Notes under the pieces: generated by a model
Database searches by the model: none
What the model was told of the DNA's origin: nothing
Seen by the model: the letters and a program-made list of their open reading frames with translations, nothing else
Shown here: positions 1 through 21,420 of the stretch, in pieces
Position numbering within the stretch: the stretch's first letter is position 1
Layout: each line of letters opens with the position of its first letter
Made by a program: the position numbers and the translations under genes
DNA from: the human T2T-CHM13v2.0 reference genome, Homo sapiens
Assembly (NCBI RefSeq): GCF_009914755.1
Contig: NC_060927.1
Length of the DNA: 64,000 nucleotides
Reading direction: 5' to 3' (one strand)

Positions 1-660
1 TTAAATGAGGGAGAAATTAAGAGACTCAAGAAAAACAAAAGTTGAGGGAGTTCAGTACTATCAGGGCTGGATTACATACAATAAATGCTAAATTGAGCCA
101 TTTTAGTTCATATAAATGGATGCTAGACAGTAGCTCAAAGCCATACAAAAATCTAAAATTCTCTGGTTAAGCAATATATATGAACAAATATAAAAACCAG
201 TATTTTTGTAATTTTGGTTTTAACTCTTGTGTTTTATTCTTCCACAGGATTTTAAAAAACAAATGCATAAAAATAATCATATGCTTAAGTTTATGTGTAG
301 ACAATTTATAAATATGTAATTTGGGGTATCAAAAACATAAAGGGGAGATGAAGCTTAAAGTTGTGCAATTTTTGTATGCCATTGAAATTATGTTGGTATG
401 AATTAAAATAGATTGTTATAACTCTAAGATGTTACATGTAGTACCCATGGTAACCACATAGAAAATATATATGGAATATACACAATGAAAATGAGAAAGA
501 AATAAAAATGTGTCACTAGAAAAAATGAACTGAACACAAAGGATAGTAGTAATTAAAGCAATGAGAGGCATAAAACTATAAGACACAGAAAACAACAAAT
601 TGACAAAAGTAAGTTTTTCCCTATCAGTAAATACTTTAAGTTCAAAGGGATTAAACCCCC

Positions 661-1212
661 TATGATGGTTAATTTTATGTGTCAACTTGATCAGGCTAAG
701 ACATGCTCAGATAGCTGGTGAAACATAATTTCTGGGTGTGTCTGTATTAATGTTTCTGGAAGAGATTAGCATTTGAATCAGTAGACTGAGTAAAGAATAT
801 CTGACCTCACCAATGTGTGTAGTGTTGGTTCAATCTGTTGAAGGTCCAAATAGAACAAAAGGGTAGAAGAAGGGTGAGTTCTCTCTGTCTATCTTCTTGA
901 GCAAGGAAGCCATATATCTTCTCCTACCCTTGGACATTGGAGTTCCTGGTTCTTGGGCCTCAGACTCCAGGACTTATACAATTGGTTCTCCTGGCTCTTA
1001 GGCTTTCAGACTTGAACTGAATTATACCACCAACTTTCCTGATTTCCCAGTTTGCCAACAGCACATCACAGGACTTCTCAGCCTCCACAACATTGTGAGT
1101 TAATTTTCATAAGTCTCTCTCTCTCTCAATCTCTGTGTGTGTATGTGTGTGTGTGTTTGTATGTGTGTGTTTGTATCCTATTCAATTTATTTGGAGAATC
1201 CGGACGAATACA
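661..1212 (+). mobile_element. MLT2-family solo LTR (ERVL) with internal (CT)n/(GT)n tract
   Basis: Starts 'tatgatggttaattttatgtgtcaacttga', contains 'gagattagcatttgaatcagtagactgagtaaag', ends 'ggagaatccggacgaataca'. Confidence 0.85.
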
Positions 1213-1500
1213 CTCATACACAAACGATATAGATTGCTATAATAGATTTAAAAAAATCCAATTATATGCTGTCTACAAGAGATTCAATTCAGATCTAAGA
1301 ACGTTCAAACGTTCATAGGCTAAAAGTAAAAATAAAGATAAAAGGTATTTTATGCAAATAGTAACAAAAAGAGAGCAATGGTGGCTATACTGATATCACA
1401 CAAAATAAACTTTAAGTAGAAACTGTTATGAGAAACAAAGAATGTTCTATATTGATTAAAAAGGTAAATTCAGCAAGAAGATACAACAAATATAAACAGA

Positions 1501-2048
1501 CAGTATTTCTGTCTTGCCTATGGTTTTGCTTTTCATGGTCTCAGTTACACACAGTCAACCATTGTCCAAAATTATTAAATAAATTCCAGAAATAAACAAT
1601 TCATAAGTTTTACATTGTGTGCCATTCTAAGTAGTGTGATGAAATCTCACTCTGTCCTGTTGTGTCCTGCCTCGTATGTGACTCATCAGTTTTTTCTACT
1701 GTTTCCATGTTGTATATATGCTATCTTCCCATTAGTCACTTAGTAGCTGTCTCAGTTATCAGTTTGAAAAAAATATTAAATATGGAGTTCAGCACTATCC
1801 ATGGGTATCAGGCATCCACTGGCAGTCTTGAAACATAGCTGTCTCAGTTTTCAGATTGAAAAAAATATTAAATATGGAATTCAGCAGTATCTATGTGTTT
1901 CAGGCAACCACTGTTAGTCTTGAAACATAGCTGTCTCTGTTATCACATTGAAAACAATATTAAATATGGAATTCAGCACTATCCATGGGTTTCAGGCATC
2001 CACTAGGAGTCTTGAAACTTATTTTCTGCAGATAAGAAGGAACTCTTG
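1501..2048. mobile_element. MER44A (Tigger7 derivative, TcMar DNA transposon) with internal 92-bp triplication
   Basis: 'aaattccagaaataaacaattcataagtttt...gtgatgaaatctc' and 'caggcatccact..agtcttgaaac' match recalled MER44A. Degenerate TIRs, followed by TA. Confidence 0.8.
1744..2018. repeat. Tandem repeat, 3 x ~92 bp
   Basis: Units start 'tagctgtctc' at 1744, 1836 and 1928; each ends 'agtcttgaaac'. Confidence 0.95.
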
Positions 2049-2952
2049 TATATGCACTAAATATCAGGTCATAGATACGTGAAGCAAATGTTGACAGAAA
2101 TGAAGACAGAAATAGATAGATCTACAATAAGAGTAGGATACATCAATGTCACACATTCAATAATGAATAGAACAAGACAGAGGATCAATAAAGAAGTAAA
2201 AGACTTAAATTACATTATATACCAATAAGATTTAATAGAATATAAGGAATGCTTTGCCCAGCTATAACAGGATATATTGTATTTCCCCAAAAGCACATGG
2301 AATGTTCTCCAGGAGAGACCATTTTTTAGGCCAAAACCCAAGTCTTAATACATTTTAAAAGACTGAATCATACAAACTGTCTCTTTTTGACCATGTGAAA
2401 TAAAACTATAAATTAACAGCAGTAGGACTATTGGAAAATACACAAATATGTAGAAATTGGGCAATACAGTCTTCAGCAACCAACAGGTCTCATAAGAAAT
2501 CCTAAGAGAAATTCGACAATATCTTTGGTCAGATGAAGATGTGAATACAATATACCCATACATATGGCATGTAGCACTGAAATGCTTAGAGAACAATTTA
2601 TAGCTATACATTATATTATATTAAAAGAGAAGAAACACCTGAAATTAACAATGTAACTTTATGCTTCTAGAAGCTATTTAAAAAATTAAACCCAAAGCTA
2701 GGAGACAGAAGGAAATATAGCCTAGAAAAGAAATGAATAACATAGAGAATAGAAAATAATAAAGAAAATCAATGAAAATAAGAATTGATTCTTTGAAAAA
2801 ATCACCAAAATTGACAAACTCAGACTGAGTAGAAAAAAAACCCGAGAGGACTCAAATTACTAAATTCAGAAATTGAAGTTGTGGCATCACTACCAATTTT
2901 ACAGAAATAAAAAAAAATTAAAAGATTACCCCAGGAGAGGGCTGTATTACTA

Positions 2953-2987
<35 letters not shown>

Positions 2988-3060
2988 TTATATATGTATA
3001 TATTATATATTTATATATATTTGTATATATTATATATATTTATTTATGTATATATATATA
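2953..3060. repeat. (CT)n followed by imperfect (TA)n microsatellite
   Basis: Directly visible. Confidence 0.95.
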
Positions 3061-3967
3061 GTAATGCATATATTACTCTCTTGTATTACATATCAACAAA
3101 TTGGGTAGCCTAGATGAAAATAGACACATTCTTAAGAACATACAACCTAGATTGACTCAAGAGGCAATAGAAAATCTGAATAGACCTATAGTTATATAGT
3201 AGTAAGATTAAATCAGTGTTCTAAAACTTACCAAAAAATAGCCCATAACCAGATACCTTCACTAATGCGTTCTACCAAACATTTAAATAAAAATTAATAT
3301 CAATCCATCTTAAAATCCTTTAAAAAATTGAAAAGGAGAGAACATTTCCTAACTCATTCTCTGAGGCCATCATTGCCCTGATGCCAAAGTCAGAAAAGGA
3401 CACTACAAAAAACTATAGACCAATATCCCTTAAGAGTATTGATCCAAAAACCCTTTAAAAAAGTAGCAAACAGAATTACACAGTCCATTAAAGAAATTAT
3501 ATACCACAACCAAGTGGGATTTATTCATGGAATGTAAGAATGGTTTAACATATACAAATTAATCAATTTATTACATCACATGAAGAGAATGAAGGGACAA
3601 AATACAGATAATCATTTTGATTAATGAAGAAAGGCATTTGGCAAAATTCAATGCCCTTTCATGATAAGAAGCCCTAAAATAAGAATAAAATAAAACTATT
3701 TCAACATAATAAAGACCATATATGAACAATGCACAGCTAACATCACACCAAATGGTGAAAGACTGAATGCGTTTCTTCTAAGATCAAGAACAAGGCAAGG
3801 TGATGACTGTTTCAACGACTTCAATTCAACATTGCAGTAGAAGTACTAGGAAAAAATCCTAGAAGGAAAAAAACTATAGAAAAGTGGCAAGATATAAGAG
3901 TAATATTCAAAACTCAATCATTTTCCTATATACCAACCAGAAACAATTGGAATTTCATTCAAAAACA

Positions 3968-4232
3968 ATTAGAATGAAAAAGTTATAGTATTTGGTAGCA
4001 CAATAGGATGGCTATAGTTAACAATAATTTATTGTATATCTTAAAGTAACTAAAAGAGTGGAATTGAAATGTTCCAATACAAGGAAATGACAAAGGTTTG
4101 AGGTGATGGATATTCCAATTACTCTGATTTGATCATTACACATTGTATGCCTGTGTGAAAACATCATATGTTTTCCATTAATATATGCAACAATTATGGA
4201 TCCATAATAATTAAAAATAAAAATAAAAAAAA
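3968..4232 (+). mobile_element. L1MA-type 3' end fragment with poly(A), inserted in the older L1
   Basis: 'ggtttgaggtgatggatattccaattactctgatttgatcattacacattgtatgc' followed by an A-rich tail. Confidence 0.8.
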
Positions 4233-6509
4233 CTTTATATTAATATGCAAAATATGAAATATTAAGTATAACTGCAACAAAATATTTACAGGATCTGTAT
4301 GAGGAAAACTACAAAGTTCTGATGAAGGAAATCCAAGAAGATCTTAATAAATTGAGAAATTTTATTTACATGAGTAATAAGACTCAGTATTATCAAGATT
4401 TCCGTTCTTCCCAAGTTCGTCTACAGATTCAACACAATCTCAGTTAAAATCCCAGCCAGTTAATTTGTGAATATTGACACACTAATTATAAGGTTTATAT
4501 TGAAAGGGAAAATAGCCAGAATAGTCAACACTGTATTAAAGAGAAAAACAAAGTCAGAAGGCTGACACCATCCAACTTCAAAACTTATATAAAGCTGCAG
4601 TCAACAAGTCAACATGATATTGGCAAAAGAAAAGACAAATAGATAAATGGAATAGATAGCCCCCAGATAGACCCATACAAATATAATCAATGGATCTTTG
4701 ACAAAAGAGAAAAGGCATTTCACTGGAGAAAGGATAGTCATTTCCACAAATGGTGTGGAACAACTGGATATTTATATGCAAAATATCTAGACACAGACAT
4801 CATATATTTCACAAAAACTAACTCCAAATGAATCAGAAACATAAATGCAAAACACAAAACAATGAAACTTGTAGAAGATGCCACAGGAGAAAATCTAGAT
4901 GATGGCTTTGGTGATGTCTTTTTTGATATAACACCAAAAGTACCATTTATTAAAGAAAAAAATTGGTAATTTGGACTTCATTGAAATTAAAAACTTCTGC
5001 TCTGAAACGACACTGTTAGGATTGTGAAAAACAAATCAGACTGGGAGAAAGTATTTTCAAAATACTATCTGATTAAGAACCTGTATACAAAATGTACAAA
5101 AAACCTCTTGAAACAAAAAGAAAATAAATGACCCAATTAAAAAATGGACAAAAGATCAGAACAGACACCTCCCCCCCAAAAATATACACATGATAAAGAA
5201 ACATGAAAATATGTTCAACGTCATAGGACATTAGATAATTGCAACATCAAACAATAAGATACTATTACATACCTATTGACTAAAATCCCCAAAACTAGTA
5301 ATACAAAATGCTAATACGGGTGTCATGCAGCAAGGACACTCATGAATGCATGAGCAATGGCCAGTGGGAATGTAAAATGGTCGCTTTGGAATTCCTTTTA
5401 GCAGTTTCTTACACAGCTAAACATGGTTTTACAATATATTCCAGCAACCATTTTCCAAGGTGTTTACCCAATTGAGTTGAAAACATAACCATACAAAAAC
5501 CTACACGTGATTTCTTAGAGAAGATTAATTTATAAGAATAGAAAACTGAAAACAATCAAGATGTCCTTCAATAGGTGAATGGATAAACAGACTATGGTAT
5601 ACCCATGCAATGGAATATTATTCAGTGATAGAAGAAATGAGTTACCAAAGAACAAACACGACAAGGAGTTTGAAACCTTAAGTGTATATTGTTATGTAAA
5701 AAGTCAGCCTGAAGAGATTACGTGCTCTATGATTCCTACTATATGGTATTTTGGAAAAAGCAAAGCTATAGATACTGGAAAGATCAGTGGTTGTGGGTAG
5801 GGGAATGGTAGTTAAAAGAGAGAGGGCTGAGTATGGAAAGCACAGGGAATTTTTAAAGTGATGAGCCTATTATTATTCTTCTAATCCAATATGAGTGGCA
5901 AAATTGTTCCTTCTGATACTGTAATGGTATACAAATGATGATATACATTTGTCCAAACCCATAGTAATATTGCACTTTAGTTAATAATGATTTATCAATA
6001 TTGGTTTATTAATTGTAACAAATATACTATACTAATGTAACAGGTTAATGTGGGGGAAATTGCTGGAGGGAGGGGAATATATGGGAAATCTTTGTACTGT
6101 CTGCTCAATTTTTCTGTAAATCTAAAATTGTTTTAAAAAATAAAGTTTACTAATTTAAATAAAAGGCACCAGTGACAATAGAGTGTAATTGAGTAAAAGA
6201 TACATTAGGATTAACTTATTATGCATATTTTCACAGAAATATTTTCAGACTTTGTCTTAATCGGTAGACATAATGCCCCAAACTATGATTTTCTGCTTGA
6301 ACAGTACAATTTCCGACAAACTTGCAGTTGCAATTTTAGTATAATCTCTGCAATGTCATGTTGGCTTTTTAAAATTTTTACTGATCTATTTGTCTCTGGG
6401 TATAGGAAATTAACTGTTCACTAAGAAGCAGAATGATCTTCACTGGAACAACGAAACAACGGATGATCTGCCTTTAATAGGATAAAAGCCAGTATTTGCA
6501 AATATAAAA

Positions 6510-9680
<3,171 letters not shown>

Positions 9681-11103
9681 ATCTCACACCACATACAACA
9701 GTTAACTCAAATGGATTATAGATATGAGTTTAAAAAATTAAAAGTAGAAAATTTCTGAAAGAAAGCATTCAGCAAAGATTTCTTAAAATAGGGTATAAAG
9801 AGTAAACATGACAGTGGAAAAAAATCAGCAGTTTGAACTTCAGAATTAAAAACTTTAGTCTTTCAATAATCACTCATAAGAAGCTATCAAGGGAGTAAAG
9901 AGACAGCCTACATCATGGGAGGAAATATTTGCAAACAATACATCTGACAAAGGTCTAAGACCCATAATCTATAAAGTACTTAAACAAATCAACAAGCAAA
10001 AAAGAAATAACATCATTAAACAGTAGGCAAAGGATATGAACAGACACTTCTCCAAAGAAGTAATACACACATCCAACAAACATGAAAAAAATGCTCATCA
10101 TCACTAATAATCAGAGAAATGCAAATCAAAACCACAGTGAGTTACCATCTCACACCAGTCGAATGGCTTTTGTTAAAAAGCCAAAAATAACAGATGTTGA
10201 TGAGGCTGCAGAGAAAAGGAAATAGTTACAAACTTTTGGTTGGAATATAAAGTAGTTTAGCCACTGTAGAAAGCAGTTTGGAGATTTCTTGAGGAACAGA
10301 GTTGAACCACTATCTGACCCAGCAATACTGTTACTGGGTATATACTCAAAGGAAAACAAATTGCTCTACCATAAAGACACATGCACTCTCATATGTTCAC
10401 TGCAGCACTCTTCATAATAGCGAAGACATGGAATAAATCCAAATGCCCATCAATGGTGGATGGGATAAATATATATGACGTTTTCATATATATACACCGT
10501 GGACTACTATGCAGCCATAGAAATTGAAATCATGTCCTTTGCAGCAACATAGATGCAGCTGGAGGCCATTAGCCTAAGCTAACTAAAGAAAAAATAGAAA
10601 ACCCAATGCCGCATATGGGACTTAGATATTGAGAGGGAGAGGGACGGGGCTGAAAAACTACCTATTGGGTACTGTGCTCACTGCATGGGTGACAGATTAA
10701 TTTGTACTGTAAACCTCAGCATTGTGCAATATACTCATGTAACAAACCTACACATGTACCCCTGATTCTAAAATGAAAAAAGTTGTCACTCTTGCAAAAA
10801 TGAAACGGCAAGCCATGATCTAGAAGAAAATATCTATAAAGCAAAATATCTGACAAAGTATTTGTATTTAGATTATATAAAGACTCTTAAATTTCAATAC
10901 CTCTTTTAATAAAAAGTGGATGAGAGCTCTGAACAGACACTTCACCAAAGTTGATATTAGAATGGTGCACTAGGAAATGAATATATATGCTTTCATTAGA
11001 AAAATACAAATTATAACTGCAATGAGGAATCACTATAAACCAATTCTAATGTCTAAAAAGTTAAAGACCAATCAAACCAAGTATTGGAGAAAATATGGAG
11101 CAA
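9681..11103 (+). mobile_element. Old L1M ORF2 3' segment, sense, interrupted by an L1PA15/16-like insertion
   Basis: 'atctcacaccacatacaacagttaactcaaatgg' at 9681; 'ctgaacagacacttcaccaaag' ~10929; 'gtattggagaaaatatggagcaactggaa' ~11081. Confidence 0.7.
9880..10784 (+). mobile_element. L1PA15/16-like 3' fragment
   Basis: ORF2 C-terminal motifs and 3' UTR 'gctgaaaaactacctattgggtactgtgctcac...gtaacaaacctacacatgtacccctga'. Confidence 0.8.
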
Positions 11104-11601
11104 CTGGAAAACACTCTTCAGGATATTATCCAGGAGAACTTCCCCAACCTAGCAAGGCAGGCCAACATTCAAATTCAGGAAAAACAGAGAATGCCACAAA
11201 GATACTCCTCAGGAAGAGCAACTCCAAGACAAATAATTTTCAGATTCACCAAAGTTGAAATGAAGGAAAAAATGTTAAGGGAAGCCAGAGAGAAAGGTCA
11301 GATTACCCACAAAGGGAAGCCAATCAGACTAACAGCGGATGTCTTGGCAGAAACTCTATAAGCCAGAAGAGAGTGGGGGCCAATATTCAACATTCTTAAA
11401 GAAAAGAATTTTCAACCCAGAATTTCATATCCCCCCAAACTAAGCTTCATAAGGGAAGGAGAAATAAAATCCTTTATAGACAAGCAAATGCTGAGAGATT
11501 TTGTCACCACCAGGCCTAGCTTACAAGAGCACCTGAAGGAAGCACTAAACATGAAAAGGAAAAACCGTTACCAGCCACTGCAAAAACATGCCAAATTGTA
11601 A
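11104..11601 (+). pseudogene. L1 ORF1p C-terminal half, disrupted by a stop at 11361
   Basis: ORF 11095-11361 translation; native terminus 'catgccaaattgtaa' ends at 11601. Confidence 0.9.
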
Positions 11602-11664
11602 AGACCATTGAGGCTAGGAAGAAACTACATCAACTAACAAGCAAAATAACCAGCTAAGATGATA

Positions 11665-15479
<3,815 letters not shown>

Positions 15480-15679
15480 ACAATGAGAACACTTGGACAC
15501 AGGGTGGGGAACACCACACACCGGGGCCTGTCCTTGGTTGGGGGGAAGGTGCAGGGATAGCATTAGGAGATATACCTAATGTAAAAGACGAGTTAGTGGG
15601 TGCAGCACACCAACATGGCACATGTATACATACACATGTGCCCTAGAACTTAAATTAAAAAATAATAAATAAGAAGAGA

Positions 15680-15745
15680 ATCATGAACAATGTATGTTTT
15701 TTAAGTTACTGCATTTTAGAATGTTTGGTTGCACAGTATCTAACT
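15680..15745 (+). mobile_element. Possible MLT1 LTR 3' remnant
   Basis: 'aatgtatgttttttaagttactgcattttagaatgtttggttgcacagta' resembles a MaLR LTR end; short and diverged. Confidence 0.35.
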
Positions 15746-16409
15746 TTCACAGTTAGTGAAATATGGAGCAAAATTTAATCCCTCTAAAATTTTCCTAATT
15801 TACAAAATGGACCTTGGAAAACTGGTACCACTTGTACATGTCAACTAATTCATGCTTTCAGTAAGGATCAAAGGAAGTCATATGCAAATGCCCACTAAAA
15901 ACTATAAGATTAAAAAATTACCTTTTTGGTACACAACCTTTAATGGAATACTTATCAATAATATTGTTGGGATATATTGGTGTTTAGGTTCTGAAATTTG
16001 AGATTCACATTTTGTTGACTTTACCTTGAGTTTCTTTTATATAAATGATGCCAGTCATAAGATAAGTAAAATAAGCTAGAATAATCATTCAAAGTAAATT
16101 TAAATTGTAAAGAGAAACAAAACTATTGTGCTATATTCTATGTCAAAAATGCTAATAATAATATAATCATTTGGGGAGTGTTATATTACTAAAAGATAGC
16201 AATTCAATAATTAGAACCTTCCTAAGACTGAAGGGTAGAGTGTGAAAACTATAAATATTATCAAGGGATCTGAACGCTAGGACTTTTCATCAAATTTATT
16301 TTAAATGGGGCAAACACTTGCCTGAAAAAATTTTTATACAGTTTTATAAGCTTATATAAAATGACATCGTTTCTATTTCAAAGACAAATTTAATTTTTCA
16401 TTTAACATT

Positions 16410-19400
16410 TGATTGTCTTTATTTTAACATTATAAATTGACAGTTTTTAATTGTGTATATTTATGGAATAAAAAGATGTTATGATTTATGAATACAATGT
16501 GAAATAAACTATAGTAGTTAACATATTTATCAACTCAAGTACTTAACATTTTTGTGGGGAGAACATTTGAAGTTTTCTCTCACCTATTTTGTAATAATAT
16601 AGTAATAATATGGATAATAATATGTACAATTACCTATTAATATTGTACCTATTATTACCTATATTCACCACACTGTGAAACGTATCTTTAAAAAATCCTT
16701 CCTGTCTGAGATTTTGTACCATTTGATCATCATCTTTCCATTCTCCTTACTCTCCAGTCCCTGTAACCACCATTCTTATTCTCTGCTTCTATGAGTTTGA
16801 TTGTTTTAAATTCCACATACAAGTAAGCACATAGAGTACTTGTCTTTCTGTTGCTGGCTTACTTCACTTAGCATAATGTCCTTCAGTTTAATCTACATTG
16901 CCTCAAATGACAATTCCCTTCTTTTCTAAGGCTGAATAATATTTCATCGTGTGTATATACAGCATTTTCTTTATCCATTCTTGGCTATTGTAACTAGTGC
17001 TGTAATGAACATCTGATTGCAGACATCTTTACAAATAGATTTTAAATATTTTGGGTAAATATAAGTGGGAATGTTGGATCATATAGTAATTCTACTTTTA
17101 GTTTTTTTGAGAAATTTCCATAGAACTTTCCAAAATGCCTGTACTAATTTGCAATTCTACCAACAGTGTACAAAGGTTCCCTTTTCTCTACATCCTCACC
17201 CAAACTTATCTTTTATCTTTTTGATAATAGCCATTCTGACATGTTTGAGATTATATCTCATTGTGGTTTTAATTTAAATTTCTCTAATAATTAGCAATGT
17301 TGGGCATTTTTCCATAGGTCTGTTTGGCTTTTGTAGGTCTTCTTTTGAAAAATGTCTGTTGAGGTCCCTTGCCCTTTTAAAAATTGGTTTCTTTTGTTTT
17401 GTTTGATTCCCATTGAGTTGTTTGAGCTCTTTATATATTTTGAGTACTAACTCATTATCGAATACATGGCTTGAAAATATTTTCTCCCAATCCGTAGGTT
17501 GTCTCTGCATATTGTTAATTATTTACTTCGCAGAAGATTTTTAGTATCATGTAATCCCGTTTGTCTATTATTGCTTTTGTAGCTTGCACTTTCAAAGTCA
17601 AATAAAAAAAAAGTTATTGCCCAGATGATTTTTTCAACATTGCATGGTTTTTCATCTGTTTTCTTCCAGTAGTTTTACAATTTCTTGCCTTACAATTAAG
17701 TTTTTAATGTATTTTGAGTTGATTTTAGTGTATGATATTAGATAAGGGTTCAGTTTTATTCTTCTATATGTGGATATTTAATTTTCCCAATAAAATTTAT
17801 TAAAGAGCCTATCCTTTTCCCATTGCAAATTCTTGCCACTTTTGTAGAAAATTAATTGATATGAATGTGTATATTCACTTCTGGGCTCTGTATTCTCCTT
17901 TATTAGTCAATGTGTCTATTCTAAACAGTACCATGCTGTTTTAATTTCTATAGTTTTGTAGTATAGTTAGAAATCAGGTGTATGATACCTGCAGCTCTGT
18001 TGTTTTTGCTCATGATTGCTTTTGCTTTTTGTTTTATTTGTGGCTCCATATAGATATTAAGATTGTTTTTCTATTTTTATGAAAAATGATAATGGAATCT
18101 TGAAAGAGATTTCATTAAATCTGTAGACTGTTCTGGAAAGTATGAATGTTTCAATAATGTTTACACTTTCGATCCATGAGAAAGGGATATCTTTTCATTT
18201 TTGTGAATTCTTTAATGTCTTTCATCAACATTTTATAACTTAATATACAGGTCTTTTGCCTCCTTAGTTGAATTTATTCCTAAGTACCTTTTTATAACTA
18301 TTGTAAATAAAATTGTTCTCTTGATTTCCTTTTTAAGTAGTTTGTTGTTAGTATATACAAATGCTACAAATTTTGTGTGTTAATTTTGTTTCCTGTAATT
18401 TTGTTGTACTCATTTGTTCTCATAGTTTTTTGGTAGGGTCTGTAGGATTTTCTTTTTTTAAGATCATGTCATTAGCAAACAATGACAGTTTCACTTTTTT
18501 CTTTCCTGTTTGTATGACTTTTATTTTTATCTCTGGCAAGGACTTTCAGTAGAAGTAGCTTTGAAGTAGGACTTTGAAAATAGAACTTTGAATAGATTCA
18601 GCAGGAACATACATCCTCATCTTGTTCCAGGTATTAGAAGAAAGGCTTTTGATTTTTCACCACTGAATGTAATGTTAGCTGTGGGCTTCTTATATATAGC
18701 CTTTGTTATGTTGAAGTATATTACTTCTATACCTAATTTGGTTAGAGTTTTTATTTTGAAAGTATGCTATAATTGTCAGATTTTCTATGTCTTCATGATT
18801 CAGTCTTGGCAAGTTGTATATGTCTAGGAATTCATTTATTTATTCTAGGTTATCCAATGGGATGATGTAATTGTTCACAGTAGTTTCTTATGATCCTTTG
18901 TATTTCTGGATTACTAGTACAAATGTCTCATCTTTCATTTCTGATATTATTTATTCCAGTCCTGTTTTTTTTTTTCTTAGTGTAGCTAAAGGTTCCTCAC
19001 TTTTTGTTTATCTTTTCAAAACACAACTCTTAGTTTTGTTGAGCTTTGTGTTGTTTTTCTGGGCTCTATTTCACTTATTTCTGCTCTGATTTTTGTTATT
19101 TTTTTCCTTCTTCAGACTTTGGGCTTGGGTTGTTTTTCTTTTTCTCATTCTGTTAGGTGTAATGTTAGCTTGTTTATTTGAGGTCTTTTTTCTTTTTAGA
19201 TGTGGGGATTTATTGTTATGAACTTCCCTTTTAGATCTGATTTTGATGTATCCCCTACATTTTGCTATATAATATTTTCATTTTTATTTGTATCAAGATG
19301 CTTTTGCAGTTTCTCTTTTAATTTATTTATTGACCCATTTGTTGTTCAGAAAATTCCTTTTATTACTGTTTCTAATTTTTATCATTGTACTTAAAAATAA

Positions 19401-21420
19401 TATTTGATATCATTTTGCTGTTCTTAAATTGGCTGAGGCTTGTTTTGTGCCCTATCATGTAATCTGTCCTGGAGAATGTTCCATGTGTGCTTGAGAAGAA
19501 TGTGTATTCTGTTGTTGTTGGGTAAAATGTATGCATGTCCGTTTGATCTACTTGGTCTAAAATGTTGTTTAAGTTCAGTATCTCCTTATTAATGTTTCCC
19601 TACTGAAAGTGGGATATTGAAATATCTTACTAGTATTTAATTGCAATCTATCTCTCTCTTCAAATCTTCTAATATTTGTTTCATATATTTAAGTATTCTG
19701 ATATTGAGTGCATATATATTTACAATGGTTGTATCTGTTTGATGAATAGATCCTTTATCATTATATAATGCCCTCCTATGTCTTTTTTTTAATGTTTTTG
19801 GCCCTAAGGTTTATTTTTTATTATGTTAGTATAGATGCCCATGCTCTTTTGGCTTCTATTTTCTTGGAATATCTTTTTTCATACCTTCACCGTATTAATC
19901 TGTTCTTACACTGATAATAAAGACATACCTGAGACTCAGTAATTTATAAAGGAAAGAGGTTTAAGGGACTCACAGTTTCACATAGCTGGAGAGGCTTCAC
20001 AATCATGGTGGAAGGCAAAGGAGAAGCAAAGGCATGCCTTGCATGGTGGCAGGAAGAGAGCATGTGCAGGAGAACTCTCCTTTATAAAACTATCAAATCT
20101 CATGAGATTAATTCACTATCACAAGAACACCGTGGGAAAGGCCCATGTCCCATGATTCGATTTTCTCCCACTGGGTCCTTCCCACAACACATGAGAATTA
20201 TGGGAGCTATAATTCAAGATGAAATTTGGGTGGAGATACAGGCAAACCATATCATTCACCTTCAGTCTATGTGTATCCTTAAAAGGGAAGTTAGTCTCTT
20301 ACCGGCAGCATTTCATTGAGCCTTGTTTCCTTTATTTGTTTCAATCCAGTTGCTCTATGTCTTTTTATTAAATAATTTAATTTTTTTTACACTCAACATA
20401 TTATTGATAGGGACTTACAACTGCCATTTTGATAATTGCTTTCTGGTTGTTTTGTAAATACTTTTTTTCTTCTTCTATGGCTATCTTCCTTTGTAGTTTG
20501 ACGGTTTTCTGTAGTAATATGCACAGAACGCTTTGTTGTTGTTTTGTGCTTCTAATAAAGATTTTTGCCTTGCAGTTATCATGAGGCTTACATAGAATGT
20601 CTTATAGCTATAGCAGTCCATTTCAAGCTGAAAAAACTTAACTTTGATTGCATACCACAACTTTACACTTTTACTTTCCTCTGCTTCAGATTTTATGTTT
20701 TTGATGCTAGAATTTCCATCATTTTGTGTCTTGTATCCCTGAGCATTTATTTTAGCTATAATCATTATTAATAGTTTTGTCTTTTAATCCTCTTCCTAAG
20801 GATACAATTGCCTTATGTAACATCTTTACAGGCTTACATTTTTCCAATTATGGTTGAACTTCCCATTTTGCTCCTGAAGGCAACCAGCTCATTTTTGCAG
20901 ATAGGCTGCAAAGTTGGCTGGTATCTGCAATAGAATGCCACAGCTGGCACTACCAGAAGTACAAGATCTGCATACTGGTCACTATGTGACCTTTGCCTTC
21001 TTTTTTTGTTTGTTTGTACCTGACTCCTGGTGGTCTGTTCCTGCTGTTTCCCCTGGTGTTACCCACGAGGTGAGTTTGAAGTGGGCTTTCTGGGAAGCAT
21101 CTTGAAGTGCTAGAGAAGCTAGATGACTGCCTTCAGTTCTTTTTCCCACTTTCATAAATTGCGGACCCAGGAAAATTCTCTCTGTCTGATGTTTTGCCAA
21201 ATTGGAGGAGCAGCACTGTTGGAGTGAGACTTTTCTTCTTACCTTTCTAATTCAGACTTTCTTCAGTTCTGCAGACCCAATAGGTGTCTCAGGCTTCTTT
21301 CCAAGTAGTGGGTTTTCAAAAATATCGTCTGATCTGAGCTAGTTGAAGTTTCTGTGATGGGGAGTGGCATCTGAGACTTCCTATTCTGCCATTGTGGTGA
21401 TATCACTTCTTTATTTTTTT
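16410..21420 (-). mobile_element. L1MA-type LINE-1, antisense, with internal deletions; 5' part (~20850-21420) uncertain
   Basis: L1MA 3' UTR reverse complement 'tttttgtggggagaacatttgaa' ~16550. ORF 17274-17510(-) encodes ORF2p-like [10 protein letters not shown]...LNRHFSKED. Confidence 0.85.
19891..20254 (-). mobile_element. THE1 (C/D-like) solo LTR, ERVL-MaLR
   Basis: Ends 'gaaatttgggtggagatacaggcaaaccatatca'; perfect 5-bp TSD ttcac at 19886-19890 and 20255-20259. Confidence 0.93.

Larger units (their letters stand above)
1..6160 (+). mobile_element. Old LINE-1 (L1M; L1MC1/2-like 3' end), decayed ORF1 tail, ORF2 and 3' UTR, interrupted by MLT2, MER44A and an L1MA fragment
   Basis: Degenerate ORF2 motifs (caaccaagtgggatttattc ~3510; ctttgacaaa ~4697; ggaacaactggata ~4758). 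L1MC-type 3' UTR ending 'ttttctgtaaatctaaaattgttttaaaaaataaagttt' ~6110-6150. Confidence 0.85.

Noticed and set aside
1744-2018. Regularly spaced repeats resembling a CRISPR-like array
   Set aside because: Contiguous tandem units with no unique spacers, inside a MER44A, in human DNA with no cas genes.
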